Shown: positions 27,276 through 42,004 of the stretch, piece after piece | How the letters are laid out: every line of letters starts with the position of its first letter | How positions within the stretch are numbered: the stretch's first letter is position 1 | Assembly (NCBI GenBank): GCA_964016885.1 | Contig: CAXHJY010000057.1 | Coordinates: 1-64,000 of the forward strand | DNA length: 64,000 nt | Origin: Eledone cirrhosa | Taxonomy: Eukaryota | Direction of reading: 5' to 3' | Made by a program: the position numbers and the translations under genes | The notes under the pieces: generated by a model | What the model was told of the DNA's origin: nothing | The model's database searches: none | The model's input: only the letters and a program-made list of their open reading frames with translations

Positions 27276-27400
27276 ATACAAATATATTACACAGAGAGAA
27301 GTGTGTTACACAGTGAGATGTGAGTAAAAAAACTCACATGTAATAATTTTTTACACACATCTCACTGTGTAACACACTTCTCTGTGTAATATATTTGTAT
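27276..27400. mobile_element. Foldback / MITE with ~54-bp arms
   Basis: ATACAAATATATTACACAGAGAGAAGTGTGTTACACAGTGAGATGTG versus CACATCTCACTGTGTAACACACTTCTCTGTGTAATATATTTGTAT. Confidence 0.75.
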
Positions 27401-27879
27401 TTGAGCTCAGATGAAAATTCTCTGTTCTTCTTAGAGCTATTATTATTATTATTACTGTGAACTGCGGAATATTTTAATTCCGATCTTTGTATGTATATAT
27501 ATATATATATATATATACGCACACACACAAAACATACACATATATATACATACATACGCACTCACACACACACACACATATATAATATATATATGCATAC
27601 AAACACATACACACACATATATATATATATATATACATATATATACATACGCACTCTCACACACACATATATATATATGCATACAAACACATACACACAC
27701 ATATATATATATGCATACAAACACATACACACATACATACACATATATATACACATACACAGACACACACAAATAAACACACACATACAGACAGACCATT
27801 GTCCGACCAGCTGAGGACAAGTGTGTCAATAGCCATTACCATTAACGAGACGAGAATAAAAAAAAAAAGTGGTACCAAA

Positions 27880-28401
27880 ACGACAACAATAAAAATAACA
27901 ACAACAACGACAACTGCAATGACAACAACAGCAAGAACAACTGCAAGAACAACTGCAATAACAACAACAACTGCAATAACAACAACAACTGCAATGACTG
28001 CAATGAGAACAACAACTGCAATAACAACAAGAACAACTGCAATAACAACAACAAGAACAACTGGAATAACAACAACAAGAACAACTGCAATAACAACAAG
28101 AACTGCAATAACAACAACAACAACAACTGGAATAACAACAACAAGAACAACTGCAATAACAACAACAACAACAACTGCAATAAAAACAACAAGAACAACT
28201 GCAATAACAACAACAAGAACAACTGCAATAACGACAAGAACAATTCAACATCTTAATAATAAAAAATATATCTATATCAACAACATCAATGACAACAACA
28301 TCAATGACAACTACACTCTTTAACGACAACCAAAACAACAACAACAACAGCCTACGACACCAACATCAGCAACAACAACTACGTTAACATCGGGGACAAC
28401 G

Positions 28402-28444
<43 letters not shown>

Positions 28445-28525
28445 CCAAGACAACAACAACAACCACGACGACAACAACAACGACAACAACAACAACGACC
28501 ACAACAACAACAACGACAACAACAA
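27880..28525. repeat. (ACA)n-based minisatellite with ACTGCAATA
   Basis: Direct reading. Confidence 0.92.
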
Positions 28526-29334
28526 TATCAAAAGAAACGAGGAAAAAGCAATGAAAAAAATGCGGAATGTTGGAAAAAAGCGATAAATATGTAAGAGAAG
28601 AGACTAAAGGGGCTACGGTAGTGGTGGGACGGGTTGGTCGGGACTGGGGTGGTGGTGTGGGGGAGTGAGGTGGTGGTGTGGGGGGACTGGGGGTGGCGGG
28701 TAGTGGTGTTGTGTGGTGTGGGGGGACTGAGGTGGGGGGTAGTGGTGTGGTGTGGGGGGACTGAGGTGGGAGGTAGTGGTGTGGTGTGGGGGGACTGAGA
28801 TGGGGGTAGTGGTGTGTTGGTGGGGGGACTGAGGGTGGCGGGTAGTGGTGTGGTGGTGACCGGGGTAATGGTGGGGACTGGGATGGTGGGAGAGAGCGGT
28901 GTAAGGGGGGTTAAGGTGCGGGGGGGGCTGGTAGTGGAGGTGGTGGACAGCAACTGGGGGACAGACTGTATGATGAAACCTATAAAGATATTAGAACTGG
29001 GATATATTGGTGGTGGTGGTGGTGTAGTGGTGGTGGTGGTGGTGTAGGATGGTGGAGGCGGTGTAGTGGTGTGGTCATGTGGTGTAGTGTAGGGTGATGG
29101 TGTGTGATACTCATGGTGGTGATCGTGGTGAGGCAGGGTTGGAGTGTAGTGTGCTGTTAGCGTGAGGGGGTGCTAGTGTAGCGTGGTGTGGTGTTGGTGT
29201 GGTGGCGTGGGGTCTTGGTCTTGTGTGGTGGCGTGGGGTGTTGGTCTGGTGTGGTGTGGTGTTGGTGTGGTGGCGTGGGGTGTTGGTGCTAGAGTAGTGT
29301 GGTATGGTGTTAGCGTAGTGTTGGTACTACAGCA

Positions 29335-29550
29335 CTTGAGTTGATTTAATCGACTTTTCCTTCCCCCAAAATTGCTGGCCTTGTGCCTAGATCAGAAATC
29401 ATTATTATTGGCCCCTAACATTCAAGGTTAGCTTCGCCTTTGATCTTTAGAATACTGATAACATGACGTACCAGTAACACTCTGGTGTTGATTTAATCGA
29501 CTTCCTCTCCCCTCAAAAATTATTGACCTTCTATCTAAATCAAACTCCAT
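29335..29550 (+). mobile_element. Two degenerate SINE 3' fragments (long variant)
   Basis: TTGATTTAATCGACTT...AATTGCTGGCCTTGTGCCTA. Confidence 0.7.
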
Positions 29551-30402
29551 TTTTATTGATTGTTCACCTTTGTTGTATTTAAAATGTCCACACTTTACTC
29601 CCTTGAGTGAACGATAAAGCACGTCACCATCTATTGTAGTACCAGTAATCAGCTCGGGTCGATATAGTTTTTTGCTATGCGACTCAAATTTCAATCCCTG
29701 TCTTTAGATTTAGAAACCATTTTAATATTTCGATTGATTATATAAAAATAATTTGAAAAAATAAAATATGATAAATAAAAGTCTGCTTAACTATTAACCG
29801 TTGTGTGCGTGTGTGCGTGTGTGCGTGTGTGCGTGTGTGTGTGTGTGTGTATGCCTCTGTGTGTGTGTATGTCTGTATGTCTATGTGTGTGTCTATGTAT
29901 GCCTGTGTGTGTGTGTGTCTGTATGCATGTCTGTGTATCTGTATGCCTCTGTGTGTATGTGTGTCTGTATGCCTCTGTGTGTGTGTGTGTGTGATGTATG
30001 CCTCTGTGTGTGTGTGAGTTTGTCTATCCCTCTGTGTCTGTGTGTGTGTGTATGCCTCTGTGTGTATGTGGAGAGCCGCGGTATAAACCTGGATGTGTCG
30101 AGAACAAAACAACATCAACCAAGATCAGAATTAAATGGAAATTTACTTTACTTTTGTTGTTGTTATTTCTAAGCTCTGAAATGTTTCGCGGCCATCTTTA
30201 ACGTAAGCGGCCTCCTCCTCATGAAAAAAGGAGCCATTTTGTCTTTTAGGATTTTTTTTTTAAGGAAAGAGAAGAAACCTCGCTGCTGCGTAGACACAGA
30301 TGGAATGAACCCCTAAAAATAGGGACCAGAAGATTTTAACACCGAAAGAAACAGCAGGTTACTATATACATATAAACACATACACACAGACACACACATA
30401 TG

Positions 30403-30456
<54 letters not shown>

Positions 30457-30458
30457 CG

Positions 30459-30497
<39 letters not shown>

Positions 30498-30799
30498 GCA
30501 CACACATGTGTGTATGTGTGTGTGTGTACATACAAACACACACATATGTATCCACAGACAGCCAAACTTATCTATATAAATGTATACATAGGCACATACA
30601 TGTGTATACATACATATACACATACATATATACATAAATACACATAAATATATACATAAATACACGCACACATGTATGTATAAATATATACATAAGCACA
30701 TATATATGTATAAACATGTGTATGTATAGATATAGATATATATATAGACAGATATATAGATAGATAGATAGAGAGAGAGTGAGAGAGTGAGTGAAAGAC

Positions 30800-30835
<36 letters not shown>

Positions 30836-31598
30836 TGATATATATATAGTCATATATATATACAGGTGTGTGTGTATGCGTGCTGTTGTTATTATTGTTG
30901 TTGTTGTTGTTGTTGTAATTTTATTTTTCTAACAGTTCTTGCTGTTGTAGATATTACTACTACTATAGTTATTGCTGTTGTTGTTGTTGTTGTCCATATT
31001 GTAGTTCCGGGAAGCCAAGTTGAGCCAATCATAGTGGAAAAGATTATTATATGAAATACCACCCTCTCTCTCCCTTCGCGCCAACCCGCCAACCTACCCC
31101 TTACTCCACACGAATCCTTACTCCACGCCAACCCACCTACACAACCCCCACCAAAAAATACCACAAAAAGGAAAAAAAAGATCCCCCCCCCCCCCCCAAA
31201 AAAAAAGAAGTAACAGAAAAGAAATTTAAAAAAAATGATAATAATACCGAAAAAAAATGGCGCCTAAGAAATAGAAAATGACAGAAAATGAAATGAGACA
31301 AAAAAGAATAAAGGGGTTTAAAAAAAAAGACCTTGTCTTAATGGAAGTTTTAACCCCCTACCTTCAGCCAATATAGCAGTCGTGAACTCTTTTTTCTTCC
31401 CCTATTATCCTTTTAAAATATATATTTATTTGTTCATTCTTTAATCTAGTTTTTTTATTTATTATATTATCCATTATCAGTTTATTATTATTATTATTAT
31501 TATCGTGTTACTGTTTTGAATTTTTATCTTATTTCTCTTTCTTTTTTAATTCACTGCAAATATTATCCTATATTTCTCTCTGTCTATATATATATATA

Positions 31599-31789
31599 TA
31601 GGAAAAAGTATGACCCCGACGGCGGAGCTCAAGCCGTTTCGACGGCTATTTCTGGACGAAATAGCCGTCGAAACGGCTTGAGCTCCGCCGTCGGGGTCAT
31701 ACTTTTATCCTATTTCCTACTCTACTACCCTAAGTATTGAGTACTCTGGTGCGTTATGGTCCACCTGGTTCCTTACCACAATTCCTTTG

Positions 31790-31792
<3 letters not shown>
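31599..31792 (+). mobile_element. Hairpin-plus-tail element, copy 4, with a perfect 49-bp stem
   Basis: AAAAGTATGACCCC...GGCTATTTC TGGAC GAAATAGCC...GGGGTCATACTTTT; (TA)n flanks. Confidence 0.88.
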
Positions 31793-31821
<29 letters not shown>

Positions 31822-32104
31822 TCTTTTACCTGTTCCAGCCATCCGGCTGAGGGCTTGCTGGGATATAATATTTACATAATGATAGACGTCTATCTATCGT
31901 CAGTCTATCAGTCTGTTTATCTATCTATCTATCAGTCTATCTATCTATCGATCTGTCTACCTGTCAGTCTACCTGTCTCTATCTATTTGTATGTATGTCT
32001 GGAATATTCGACTGTGGTCATAATGATGATCTATAGATCGATATATGTCTATCTATCTATCTATCTATGTCCATCTATCTATCTATCTATCTATCTATCT
32101 GATT

Positions 32105-32480
32105 CTTTTTTTCAAATACCACTTTGGAAGAAGAGTCAGTATGGAGAGAGAGGTGCTGTACCCCAGCAAGTTTTATGAAAGGTGGGTGAAAGTGGCGAGA
32201 ATGGCTCGAGTGAATGGGCCTTCTCTCTATATCAGCCTGTAGGTTGAGGAAAAAGAAAAGGAGAGGAAAGGAGTACAAACTCTTCGTACTCCTGGAGATG
32301 AGGGTTGCACATTTTTTTCGGGGGTATGTGTTACCCATATGTAATGTCTCCCCCTATTGGGGAAAATCGACTAACTTTCAAATTACATTTGTGATAATAT
32401 TTTACACGTTTTTATTGTATGTAAACTTCCCCCTTTGTATTTGCCCCCTTCTTTTGTGCCCCTGTGGCTAATAAAGAAAC
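32105..32480 (+). mobile_element. 5'-truncated Tx1/L1-like LINE: ORF2 C-terminus plus 3' UTR, in (ATCT)n
   Basis: FFKYHFGRRVSMEREVLYPSKFYERWVKVARMARVNGPSLYISL*; 3' end CCCTGTGGCTAATAAAGAAA; clade call from recalled similarity. Confidence 0.7.
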
Positions 32481-32894
32481 ATATCTATCTATATATGTCT
32501 ATCTGTCTGTCTATATATTTATCTATCTATCTATCTATATTTATCTATGTCTATTTATTTATCTACCTGTCTATTTATCTATATCTATCTATCTATCTTA
32601 TGTCTATCTCTATATGTATCAATCTATATGTTTATCTATCTATCTATATATTTATCCATCTATCTATATATTTATCTATCTATCTATATATTTATCTATC
32701 TATCTATATATTTATCCATCTATCTATATATTTATCCATCTATCTATATATTTATCTATCTATATATTTATCTATCTATATATTTATCTATCTATTTATC
32801 TATCTATCTATATATTTATCCATCTATCTGTTTGTCTGTCTATGTATTAATCTGTTTATATCTATCTATCTATATATGTTTAACAGTCTATCTA

Positions 32895-33185
32895 CGAGTC
32901 TGAAAGGACTGAGGTCAGACACCTTTCTCTCTGGCCAACAACTGGTCCGTTTTTTCCGATATCATTTCGGAAGAAGGATCAGGATGGAGAGAGAGGTGCT
33001 GCACCCTAGCCGTTTCTATGAAAGATGGGTGAAAGTGACGAGAATGGCGCGTGTTATATTTTATATTTTATATTTTTATATTTTGTTATTGCCTCCTCCT
33101 TAGTGAGGAAGCCTTTTTATGTAAACTCTCCCCATTATACTTGTCCCACTCTTTGATGCCCTGGTGGCAAATAAAAAGAAAGTTA
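32895..33185 (+). mobile_element. 5'-truncated Tx1/L1-like LINE, internally deleted, in (ATCT)n
   Basis: LKGLRSDTFLSGQQLVRFFRYHFGRRIRMEREVLHPSRFYERWVKVTRMARV, then a 3' UTR matching 48240-48350. Confidence 0.72.
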
Positions 33186-33221
33186 TCTATATATTTATCT
33201 ATCTATCTATCTATATATCTA

Positions 33222-33390
33222 TTGTGGGAATCAACTCAGGGGAGAGCTGCAGTAGAGGAAAACCTTCTCAAACCATCACCAATCCACCCTCAGTCGGTAC
33301 AAACCTCAGTAAGGAACAGTTACCAGAAGCAATGGAAAATCAGGAAATCTGAAGAGACGTTCTCAGGATTCTACTGTGGTCACAATGATA
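33222..33390 (+). mobile_element. RTE-like LINE extreme 3' remnant
   Basis: Frameshifted LWE.TQG / SRGKPSQT / EQLPEAMENQEI*R, resembling the RTE C-terminal RGRP...AMEDR..WR motif. Confidence 0.55.
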
Positions 33391-33771
33391 ATTGTTTCTA
33401 CTTTTGGAACAAGGCCAGCAATTATCCCAGTGCATTACTGGTACTTTATTTTATCGACCCCCGTATGGATGAATGGCAAAGTTAACCTCAGCGGGATTTG
33501 AGTTCAGACTATAAAGGGACGAAACTTTTTGCTGCAAAGCATGGCATCCGACCCTCTTCCAATACTGCCAATCCACCGCCCTCAGAGTTTCTAGTTTTGG
33601 CACAAGGCCAGCAATTACCCCAGTGCAAGACTGGTACTTTATTTTATCGACCTCGTAAGGATGAAAGGCAAATTTAACCTCGGCGATTTTGAACTCAGAA
33701 CGCAAAGGGCCATAACTATGATGTAAAACATGGTGTCTGACGCTCTACCGATACTACCAAACCACCGCCCT
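33390..33771 (-). mobile_element. Two tandem full-length tRNA-derived SINEs
   Basis: 33390-33580 and 33586-33771, each with head, B box, core and tail. Confidence 0.92.
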
Positions 33772-34114
33772 ATCTGTCTATCTGTCTATATGTATATCTA
33801 TATATTTATCTATCTATCTGTGATCACAATGATAATGAAGATAAACTTAATAAATTCCCTATAATTTCCTTCCATTTTCAATTTTATTACCCTATAACTT
33901 ATTTTTCTTCCAATTTTCTAACGCTTGTTTGAATCTGGTCCCTATTTCACAGATTCGATCCCTCTACCCATGACTTTCTTTAATATCTACCACAATAAAT
34001 TTACATTCTGACATGTCTCTATTTAATGTGGCTTCTCTCCCTTTAATGTTTCTCCTACTTTCTCACCTCCTTCATCTCTACCTACGCCATTTTTGTTTTG
34101 TAAAATATTCTTCC

Positions 34115-34158
<44 letters not shown>

Positions 34159-34194
34159 CGTACATACATACATTCATATACATATATATATATA

Positions 34195-34294
<100 letters not shown>

Positions 34295-34328
34295 CATACA
34301 TACATACATTCATATAAATATATATATA

Positions 34329-34427
<99 letters not shown>

Positions 34428-34454
34428 ATATATACATACATATACATACATATA

Positions 34455-34495
<41 letters not shown>

Positions 34496-34522
34496 ATATA
34501 TACATACATATACATACATATA

Positions 34523-34563
<41 letters not shown>

Positions 34564-34568
34564 ATATA

Positions 34569-34604
<36 letters not shown>

Positions 34605-34612
34605 TACATACA

Positions 34613-34644
<32 letters not shown>

Positions 34645-34673
34645 CATATACATACATACATACATACATACAT

Positions 34674-34710
<37 letters not shown>

Positions 34711-34791
34711 CATATATATATATACATACATATATATTACATATATATATATATATATACATACATATATATTACATATATATTACATATA

Positions 34792-34842
<51 letters not shown>

Positions 34843-34848
34843 CACATA

Positions 34849-34880
<32 letters not shown>

Positions 34881-35374
34881 CATACATATATATTACATAT
34901 ATGGCGGCTGCAAATTCGCTCTCGAGTACGGCCACTACTTTATATCCATGTAGGAGAACCCCTACCGATGCGCTGAACGAGTGTGACTTTTTAGTCCAGC
35001 CAGCGACTTGAAAACTCTGGTACAAACACTACACTTGTGACAATTATTGACACATAGTGCTGGGCCCATGGCACCATGTGACGACAAGTGTAGAGGGATC
35101 ACCAGATATAAAGCAATGCCTGTGCCGTGAAGCTTTTATAGTGAGCAAAGGCACTGCACAAAGCCAGTCCCACTCTCTTAACCAAGATGATATTTACCAA
35201 AAAGGAAAACAAGTCAACATCATTAGATACCATCAGGTATCCAATAATATATTACATATATATATATATATATATATACATACATACATATATATACATA
35301 CATACATACATATATATATATATATACATGCATATATACATACATATATACATACACATACATACATACATACA

Positions 35375-35409
<35 letters not shown>

Positions 35410-35435
35410 TGAAATAAATAAATAAATATATATAT

Positions 35436-35509
<74 letters not shown>

Positions 35510-36166
35510 CCTAAATATAAGTATACATACGTACACACATGTATCAGCTGTGTTAGGATGAGAAATAAAATTCTAATCATATTTTTATATACACATATAT
35601 ATGGATATACTGTATATGAACACACATATGTTTCTGTGTGTGTGTGCCTGCTGTGTATGTGTGTGTGTGTATATATATATATATATACACTGATACAAAT
35701 ATATATATATATATATGTATTTCATTATATCTTTCATCCTGCACTTTCACATTTTTATCTCTCAAAAAAATATTACTTTTCCTGCAGACTTTGCTGTTTT
35801 CAGATTTCGCTTCGTCTTCATTTCGTTTCGTTTTGACTTTTATATATTTTCATATTTTCATATTTTACATCTAACACTTCTATTTCTTCTACATGACTAG
35901 ATAAATGAGTAAATAGTAGCAATTATCTCTCTCAATTTCTAATGGATGCCAGTGGATTCCGATTATAATATTAAATACAACAGACTTCATCTCATATTTT
36001 CTCTACATTATCTACATTTATTTCTCCTATCCCGCCAGCCACACTGCACCGTTCTCTCCTTCCCCCTCACTACACCCCTATCCTATATTTTTACCCTCCA
36101 CATTCATCCTTTATTGTTCAGTGAGATGTGGATAGTGGTATCTACTGAGCTGTTCATTCGTACATG

Positions 36167-36204
<38 letters not shown>

Positions 36205-36248
36205 CAATATGAAACTATTTAACGTACAATAATATGTGTGCGTGTGTG

Positions 36249-36318
<70 letters not shown>

Positions 36319-36379
36319 TTTATATAACTATATACCTATATATATATACCTACCTACAACGCAACCCATATCTCTCTCT

Positions 36380-36416
<37 letters not shown>

Positions 36417-36432
36417 ATCCATCCTCTTTCCA

Positions 36433-36464
<32 letters not shown>

Positions 36465-36564
36465 ATCCCTCTCCGGCGAAGTAAATGAGACGGAAATTTC
36501 AGACAATCTTCCCAATATTCCTTACTCTACTTTTTACTGTATCTCATCACCACAGGCATTTTAC

Positions 36565-36595
<31 letters not shown>

Positions 36596-36601
<6 letters not shown>

Positions 36602-36885
36602 TATAAGTATTAATAAAATAGATGTTCTTTTGATCAATTACATTTTATTATACATATTTCGGATGTACAACAGTACGTCCTCATCAGACAAAATATAATG
36701 ATACATGACATACCCTGAGATGTTAAATGGTTAAGATTTAATCAAGGTAGTCTATTTTATTAATACTTATATTTTAATATTAATAACTCCTGAAAATTAT
36801 TTACCGTTGAGTGCTTCCAATCTACTGTAAAACTCATTCTTTGACATAATCATTGAATATTGTTTAACAACTTAATACTTATATA
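36596..36885 (-). mobile_element. HHR-bearing Penelope pLTR-like element, family B copy 1
   Basis: Homologous to 56004-56270; internal inverted repeat 36597-36622 / 36751-36777; TA flanks. Confidence 0.7.
36641..36695 (-). ncRNA. Type I hammerhead ribozyme (family B)
   Basis: TATTTTGT CTGATGA GGACGTAC TGTT GTACATCC GAAA TATGTA TA ATAAAATG; one stem II mismatch. Confidence 0.65.
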
Positions 36886-36987
36886 TATACATATATGACC
36901 TGCCTTTTCTACAAGAAATCCTTTTTTTCTTTCCTGCCACTGGCTGTCTCCTCTATATTTCTATTTCTTCTCTTACTTCTCGTTCTA

Positions 36988-37024
36988 TACTCTGATGAAA
37001 GACTAGCAACCGAAACGTCGAGAC
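36988..37024 (+). ncRNA. Degenerate minimal Penelope-type HHR
   Basis: CTGATGA AAGACTAGCAACC GAAAC GTC GAG; stems I and II decayed. Confidence 0.4.
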
Positions 37025-37659
37025 TGTTTTCCTACTATATCAAGCGTAATTTTATTTTCCATTCTACTGGGTCAATACCAATACAAACAGCAACCACCTA
37101 CAACACCACCACTAACAGCATCAACAATACCATCACTCCCACCAACACCACCCCACCAGCAACAGCAGCTACAACATCACCACCAAGAACATCAATAACA
37201 CTACTCCTACCATCATCAACACCACCAACACCAACAACAACAACAACAACAACACCACCACCAACATCAATAACACCACGACTTCTACCATCAGCACCAC
37301 CAACACGACCAACAACACCCACATCACCAACACCAACAGCAACATCAATAACACCATCACTCCTACCAACACCAACATGTCCAACACCATCACCACCACC
37401 AACTGCAGCAGCAATTACACCACCACCATCATCGTAACTCCCTCCACACACCACCACCACCACCACCAGCCCCACCACCACCACCAACACCGCCGCCACC
37501 ACCACCACCACCACCACCACCAACAATAACGTGACTCCATTATCTTCCACAAGTCCCAGTTCCCTAAATTAACCCCCGTCTATGAAGTCCTATACGGACG
37601 TTGTTTGGGCAATTGTAACTGACGTTGTAATAACTGGTGTAAAGTTGTCCATTCTACTC

Positions 37660-38392
37660 CACACCACACCACACTACACTACACCACACAACACTACACC
37701 ACACAACACTACACCACACCACACAACACTACACCACACCACACCACACAACACTACACCACACAACACTACACCACACAACACTACACCACACAACACT
37801 ACACCACACAACACTACACCACACCACACAACACTACACCACACCACACAACACCACACAACACTACACAACACTACACCACACCACACAACACTACACC
37901 ACACCACACTACACCACATCATACCACACCACACTACACCACACCACACCACACACCACACAACACTACACCACACAACACAACACCACACAACACTACA
38001 CCACACTACACAACACCACACAACACTACTCCACACTACTCCACACAACACTACTCCACACTACACTACTCCACACAACACAACACTACACCACACAACA
38101 CCACACCACACTACACCACACCACACCACACCACACCACATATCACCACACTACACTACACCACACCACACCACGCCACCACACATCACCCCACTACACC
38201 ACACATCACCCCACTACACCACACTACACCACACATCACTCCACTACACCACACCACACCACTACACCACACCACATATCACCAGACCACACTACACCAC
38301 ACCATACCACGCCACCACACATTACACCACACTATACATCACCACACCACACCACACATCACCACACAACACTAGACCATACCACCCACACC
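37660..38392. repeat. (CACCA/CACTA/CACAA)n pentamer array
   Basis: Direct reading. Confidence 0.95.
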
Positions 38393-38794
38393 ACCCCCAG
38401 CTAATAGAATTATAGAGCGAGGGGAGAAGATCTACCTCCCTCCTCTCCCAACCATTCCTCTCTCTCTCCCAATATCAATTGTTTGAGGTGTGGGGGGTGT
38501 TTGGGAGAGGGTGAGGATATGTATGTGTGTGGGTCGATTGTCTAGGGGGATATGTATGTATGTGGGTCGATTGTCTAGGGGGATATATATATGCTTACGA
38601 GGACTTGAGCAGACGGAGTGTGTATATGTGTGTGTCTATATGTGTGTGTGTGTGTATGTGTAGGAAGGGTGGGGTGGCGTGGGGTGGGGTGTAGGTAGGG
38701 TGGGCGGTGCATAGGGGAGGGTGATATATTCTTATTGATTTTGTAAGCAAGGCGACGTCGATCAGATGGAATGTAAAACACCCTTGGCATAAAC

Positions 38795-39200
38795 ACAACG
38801 TAAACCTCGCCGAACGTAACGTAATATCGTGTGATGTAAAATGGTCAAACGTAACGTTGTGCAAACATGGCGAAACGTTAACATAGTCGAACGTAACGTA
38901 ATGGCATGTGATGTAAAATGGCCGAAAGTAACGTAAAGTTATGCAAAACGTGGCGAAACATTAACCTAACCGAACTTAATTTAACCTCATGTATTGTAAA
39001 ACGGCCTAACTAACGTAACGCAACGTTAAGCAAACATGGCCAAACGTTAATAAAGACGAACGTAGCGCAACGTAGCGTAACGTAACGTAATTTAATGTAA
39101 CGTTATGTGAAAATGGCCGAATGTAACGTAACAAAACAAGGGTAACATGGGCGAACGTGATGTAACGTTACATATACATAGACGTAGCTAACGTAACGTA
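38795..39200. repeat. CpG-rich (AACGT)-based degenerate satellite with ~77-85 bp higher-order period
   Basis: CGAACGTAAC-like starts at 38811, 38888, 38971 and 39056; TGTAAAATGG recurs. Confidence 0.75.
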
Positions 39201-39214
39201 TGAGCCTACTTATA

Positions 39215-39765
39215 CTGTTACTACTACTACTGGTACTAATACATGTTTGTACATCATCATGGTGGTGTTCGTGGTTACTACTACTACTGTTACTACTACT
39301 ACTGTTACTACTACCACTACTACATAAATTGTAGTGGTAGTGGTGGTTAATACTACTACCACTACTACTACATGTATGGAAATCGCCATAGTGGTGTTTA
39401 CTGTTACTACTACCACTATTACTACACGAGTTGTAGTGGTATTGGTGGTTAATACTACTACTACTACTACTACTACATGTATTGACATCGCCATGGTGGT
39501 GTTTACTGTTACTACTACCACTACTACTACATGTATTGACATCGCCATGGTGGTGTTTACTGTTACTACTACCACTACTACTACTACATGTATTGACATC
39601 GCCATGGTGGTGTTTACTGTTACTACTACCACTACTATTACATGAGTTGTAGTGGTAGTGGTGGTTAATACTGCTGCCACTACTACTACCACTACTACCA
39701 ACACCACTAGATGTTTTGTCGCCATCATGGTGGTGGTAGGGGTTACTACTTGACCAATACATGGT
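39215..39765. repeat. ~55-60 bp CTA-rich minisatellite
   Basis: ACATGTATTGACATCGCCATGGTGGTGTTTACTGTTACTACTACC repeated. Confidence 0.88.
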
Positions 39766-40002
39766 AGCAAGGATTGTTATAGAAGAAGAAGAAGAAGAAA
39801 AAGAAAAAGAAAAAGTAAAGGGGAAAAAAAGTAAAGGGGAAAAAGAAGTAAAGGGGAAAAAGAAGAAAAAGGAAAAAAAGAAAGAGACAAAAGAAGAAGA
39901 AGGATAAGAAGGAAACAAAAGAAGAAGAAGGATAAGAAGGAAACAAAAGAAATGGAGAAGAAAGTGTAAGTATAGGACAACCTAATGCCCCCATTAATAC
40001 AT

Positions 40003-40057
<55 letters not shown>

Positions 40058-41041
40058 AAGATGCATACACACACACACACTCTCCTTCTATGGTTGATTC
40101 AATAAACTGGTAGACAATATATGAAATGGACAAGGCGACAAATTCAACACAATGTCTTTATTACATTGGTTCAATGGGGACAATGGACAGAGATAGAGGG
40201 GTGAGAGATTGGACAGAGAGAGAGGAGAGGGGAATAGGATGGATAGAGAGAGAGAGAGAGAGAGAGGAGAGGGGAATAGGATGGATAGAGAGAGAGAGAG
40301 AGAAGAGGATGGAAAGAGAGAGAGAGAGAAAGAAGAGGATGGAGATGGAAAGAGAGAGAGAGAGAGAGAGAGGGGAGGATGGAGAGAGAGAGAGAAGAGG
40401 ATGTGGAGAGAGAGAGAGAGAGAGAGAGAGAACCGAGAAGAGGATGGAGAGAGAGAGAGGGGAGAGAGAACCGTGGAGAGAGAAACCGATAAAGAAAAGG
40501 ATGGAGAGAGAGAGAGAGTTGAATGCACTGAACACAGAAAAAAAAGATAGGGAGAAATAAAGAAAGAGGGCAATGGACAAAGAGGAGTGAGAGTGTGAGA
40601 GAGAGAGTGAGAGTGTGAGAGAGAGAGAGAGAGAGTGAGAGAGAGAGAGAGAGTGAGAGAGATAAAGTGACAGAGAGAGAGAGTGAAAGAGAGAGTGAAA
40701 GAGAGAGTGAGAAATAATTGGAGGAGAGGATAGAAAAGATGGGAATGTCTTTTGTTGGCAGAAATCGAATAAGAAAGTTATGTTGGGAAGAATGTGGTGG
40801 TGGTGGTGTTGGTGGAGTGGTGGAGTGGTGTTGTGGTGGTGGTGGAGTGGTGGTGGTGGAGGTGTTGTGGTGGTGGTGTTGATGTAGTGGTGGTGGAGTG
40901 GTGGTGGGGATGCTGATGATGAAGGAGGTGGTGATATTGCGTGTGTTTAGATTCCCGAGTTGTGTTAAGCGATAACCACAGTTAAAAAGGGTACTCAATA
41001 CATTGGTAAAACATAGGCGTCTTTATCTTTATATATATATA

Positions 41042-41085
<44 letters not shown>

Positions 41086-41490
41086 CGAGAGAGCGAGAGA
41101 GATGACTTCTACAGGACTAGAACTGTTTCATTCGTATCAAATCAGCAGGAATTCCGTGATGATTTTATACCAATGAAGGACATTTCGAAATATATATATA
41201 TATCGGAAAAGATCAAAGTTTTAGCTTCTGTGAGATACATAATCAAACAACCAGCTGGTGCCGAGGATATGTGAGTATTTACCAGGCGAGAATTTATGAG
41301 AGTTGGTAATATACGAGATTGGATCTGACAAACATATCAATGACAGCAATAAAGATCTCGTGTCAACGAAAATTCGTTTCAAATATTCCCAAACAAACAA
41401 GAGTTGTGTAACAGAGTTTATCTCATGACGGAATCTTCTAAGAAATTCAGTGTAATAGATATGTGGCAATACCAACAACATAAACACTTG

Positions 41491-41543
<53 letters not shown>

Positions 41544-41551
41544 ATGGTAAT

Positions 41552-41735
41552 AATTGTTTCTACTTTTTGGCACAAGGCCAGCAATTAGCCCAGTGCATTA
41601 CTGGTACTTTATTTTATCGACCTTGTAAGGATGAAAGGCAAAGTTAACCTCGGCGAGATTTTGAACTCGGAATGGCAAGGGCGGTAACTCTATGCGTCAA
41701 AGCATGGCGTCCGACCCTCTACCGACACTGCCAAT
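41552..41735 (-). mobile_element. tRNA-derived SINE, full length
   Basis: Head, B box, core and tail. Confidence 0.92.
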
Positions 41736-41779
41736 CGATTAAGCAAAGGATCGCTGCTTTCACCCATATTTCTCATTTA

Positions 41780-41960
41780 TGGCAGTATTGGTAGAGGGTC
41801 GGACGCCATGCTTTGACGCATAGAGTTACGGCCCTTGCCATTCTGAGTTCAAATCCCGCCGAGGTTAACTTTGCCGTTCATCCTTACGGGGTCGATAAAA
41901 TAAAGTACCAGTAATACACTGGATAATTGCTGGCCTTGTGCCTAACGTAGAAACAATTAT

Positions 41961-41962
<2 letters not shown>
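41780..41962 (+). mobile_element. tRNA-derived SINE, full length
   Basis: Head, B box, core and tail; same head subtype as 41552. Confidence 0.92.

Positions 41963-42004
<42 letters not shown>

Noticed and set aside
34900-35240. Unique GC-richer island as a coding exon
   Set aside because: Stops in the frames examined and no recognisable motif; identity unresolved without a search
41225-41276. Possible exon ending at GTGAGT
   Set aside because: Weak acceptor and no recognisable peptide
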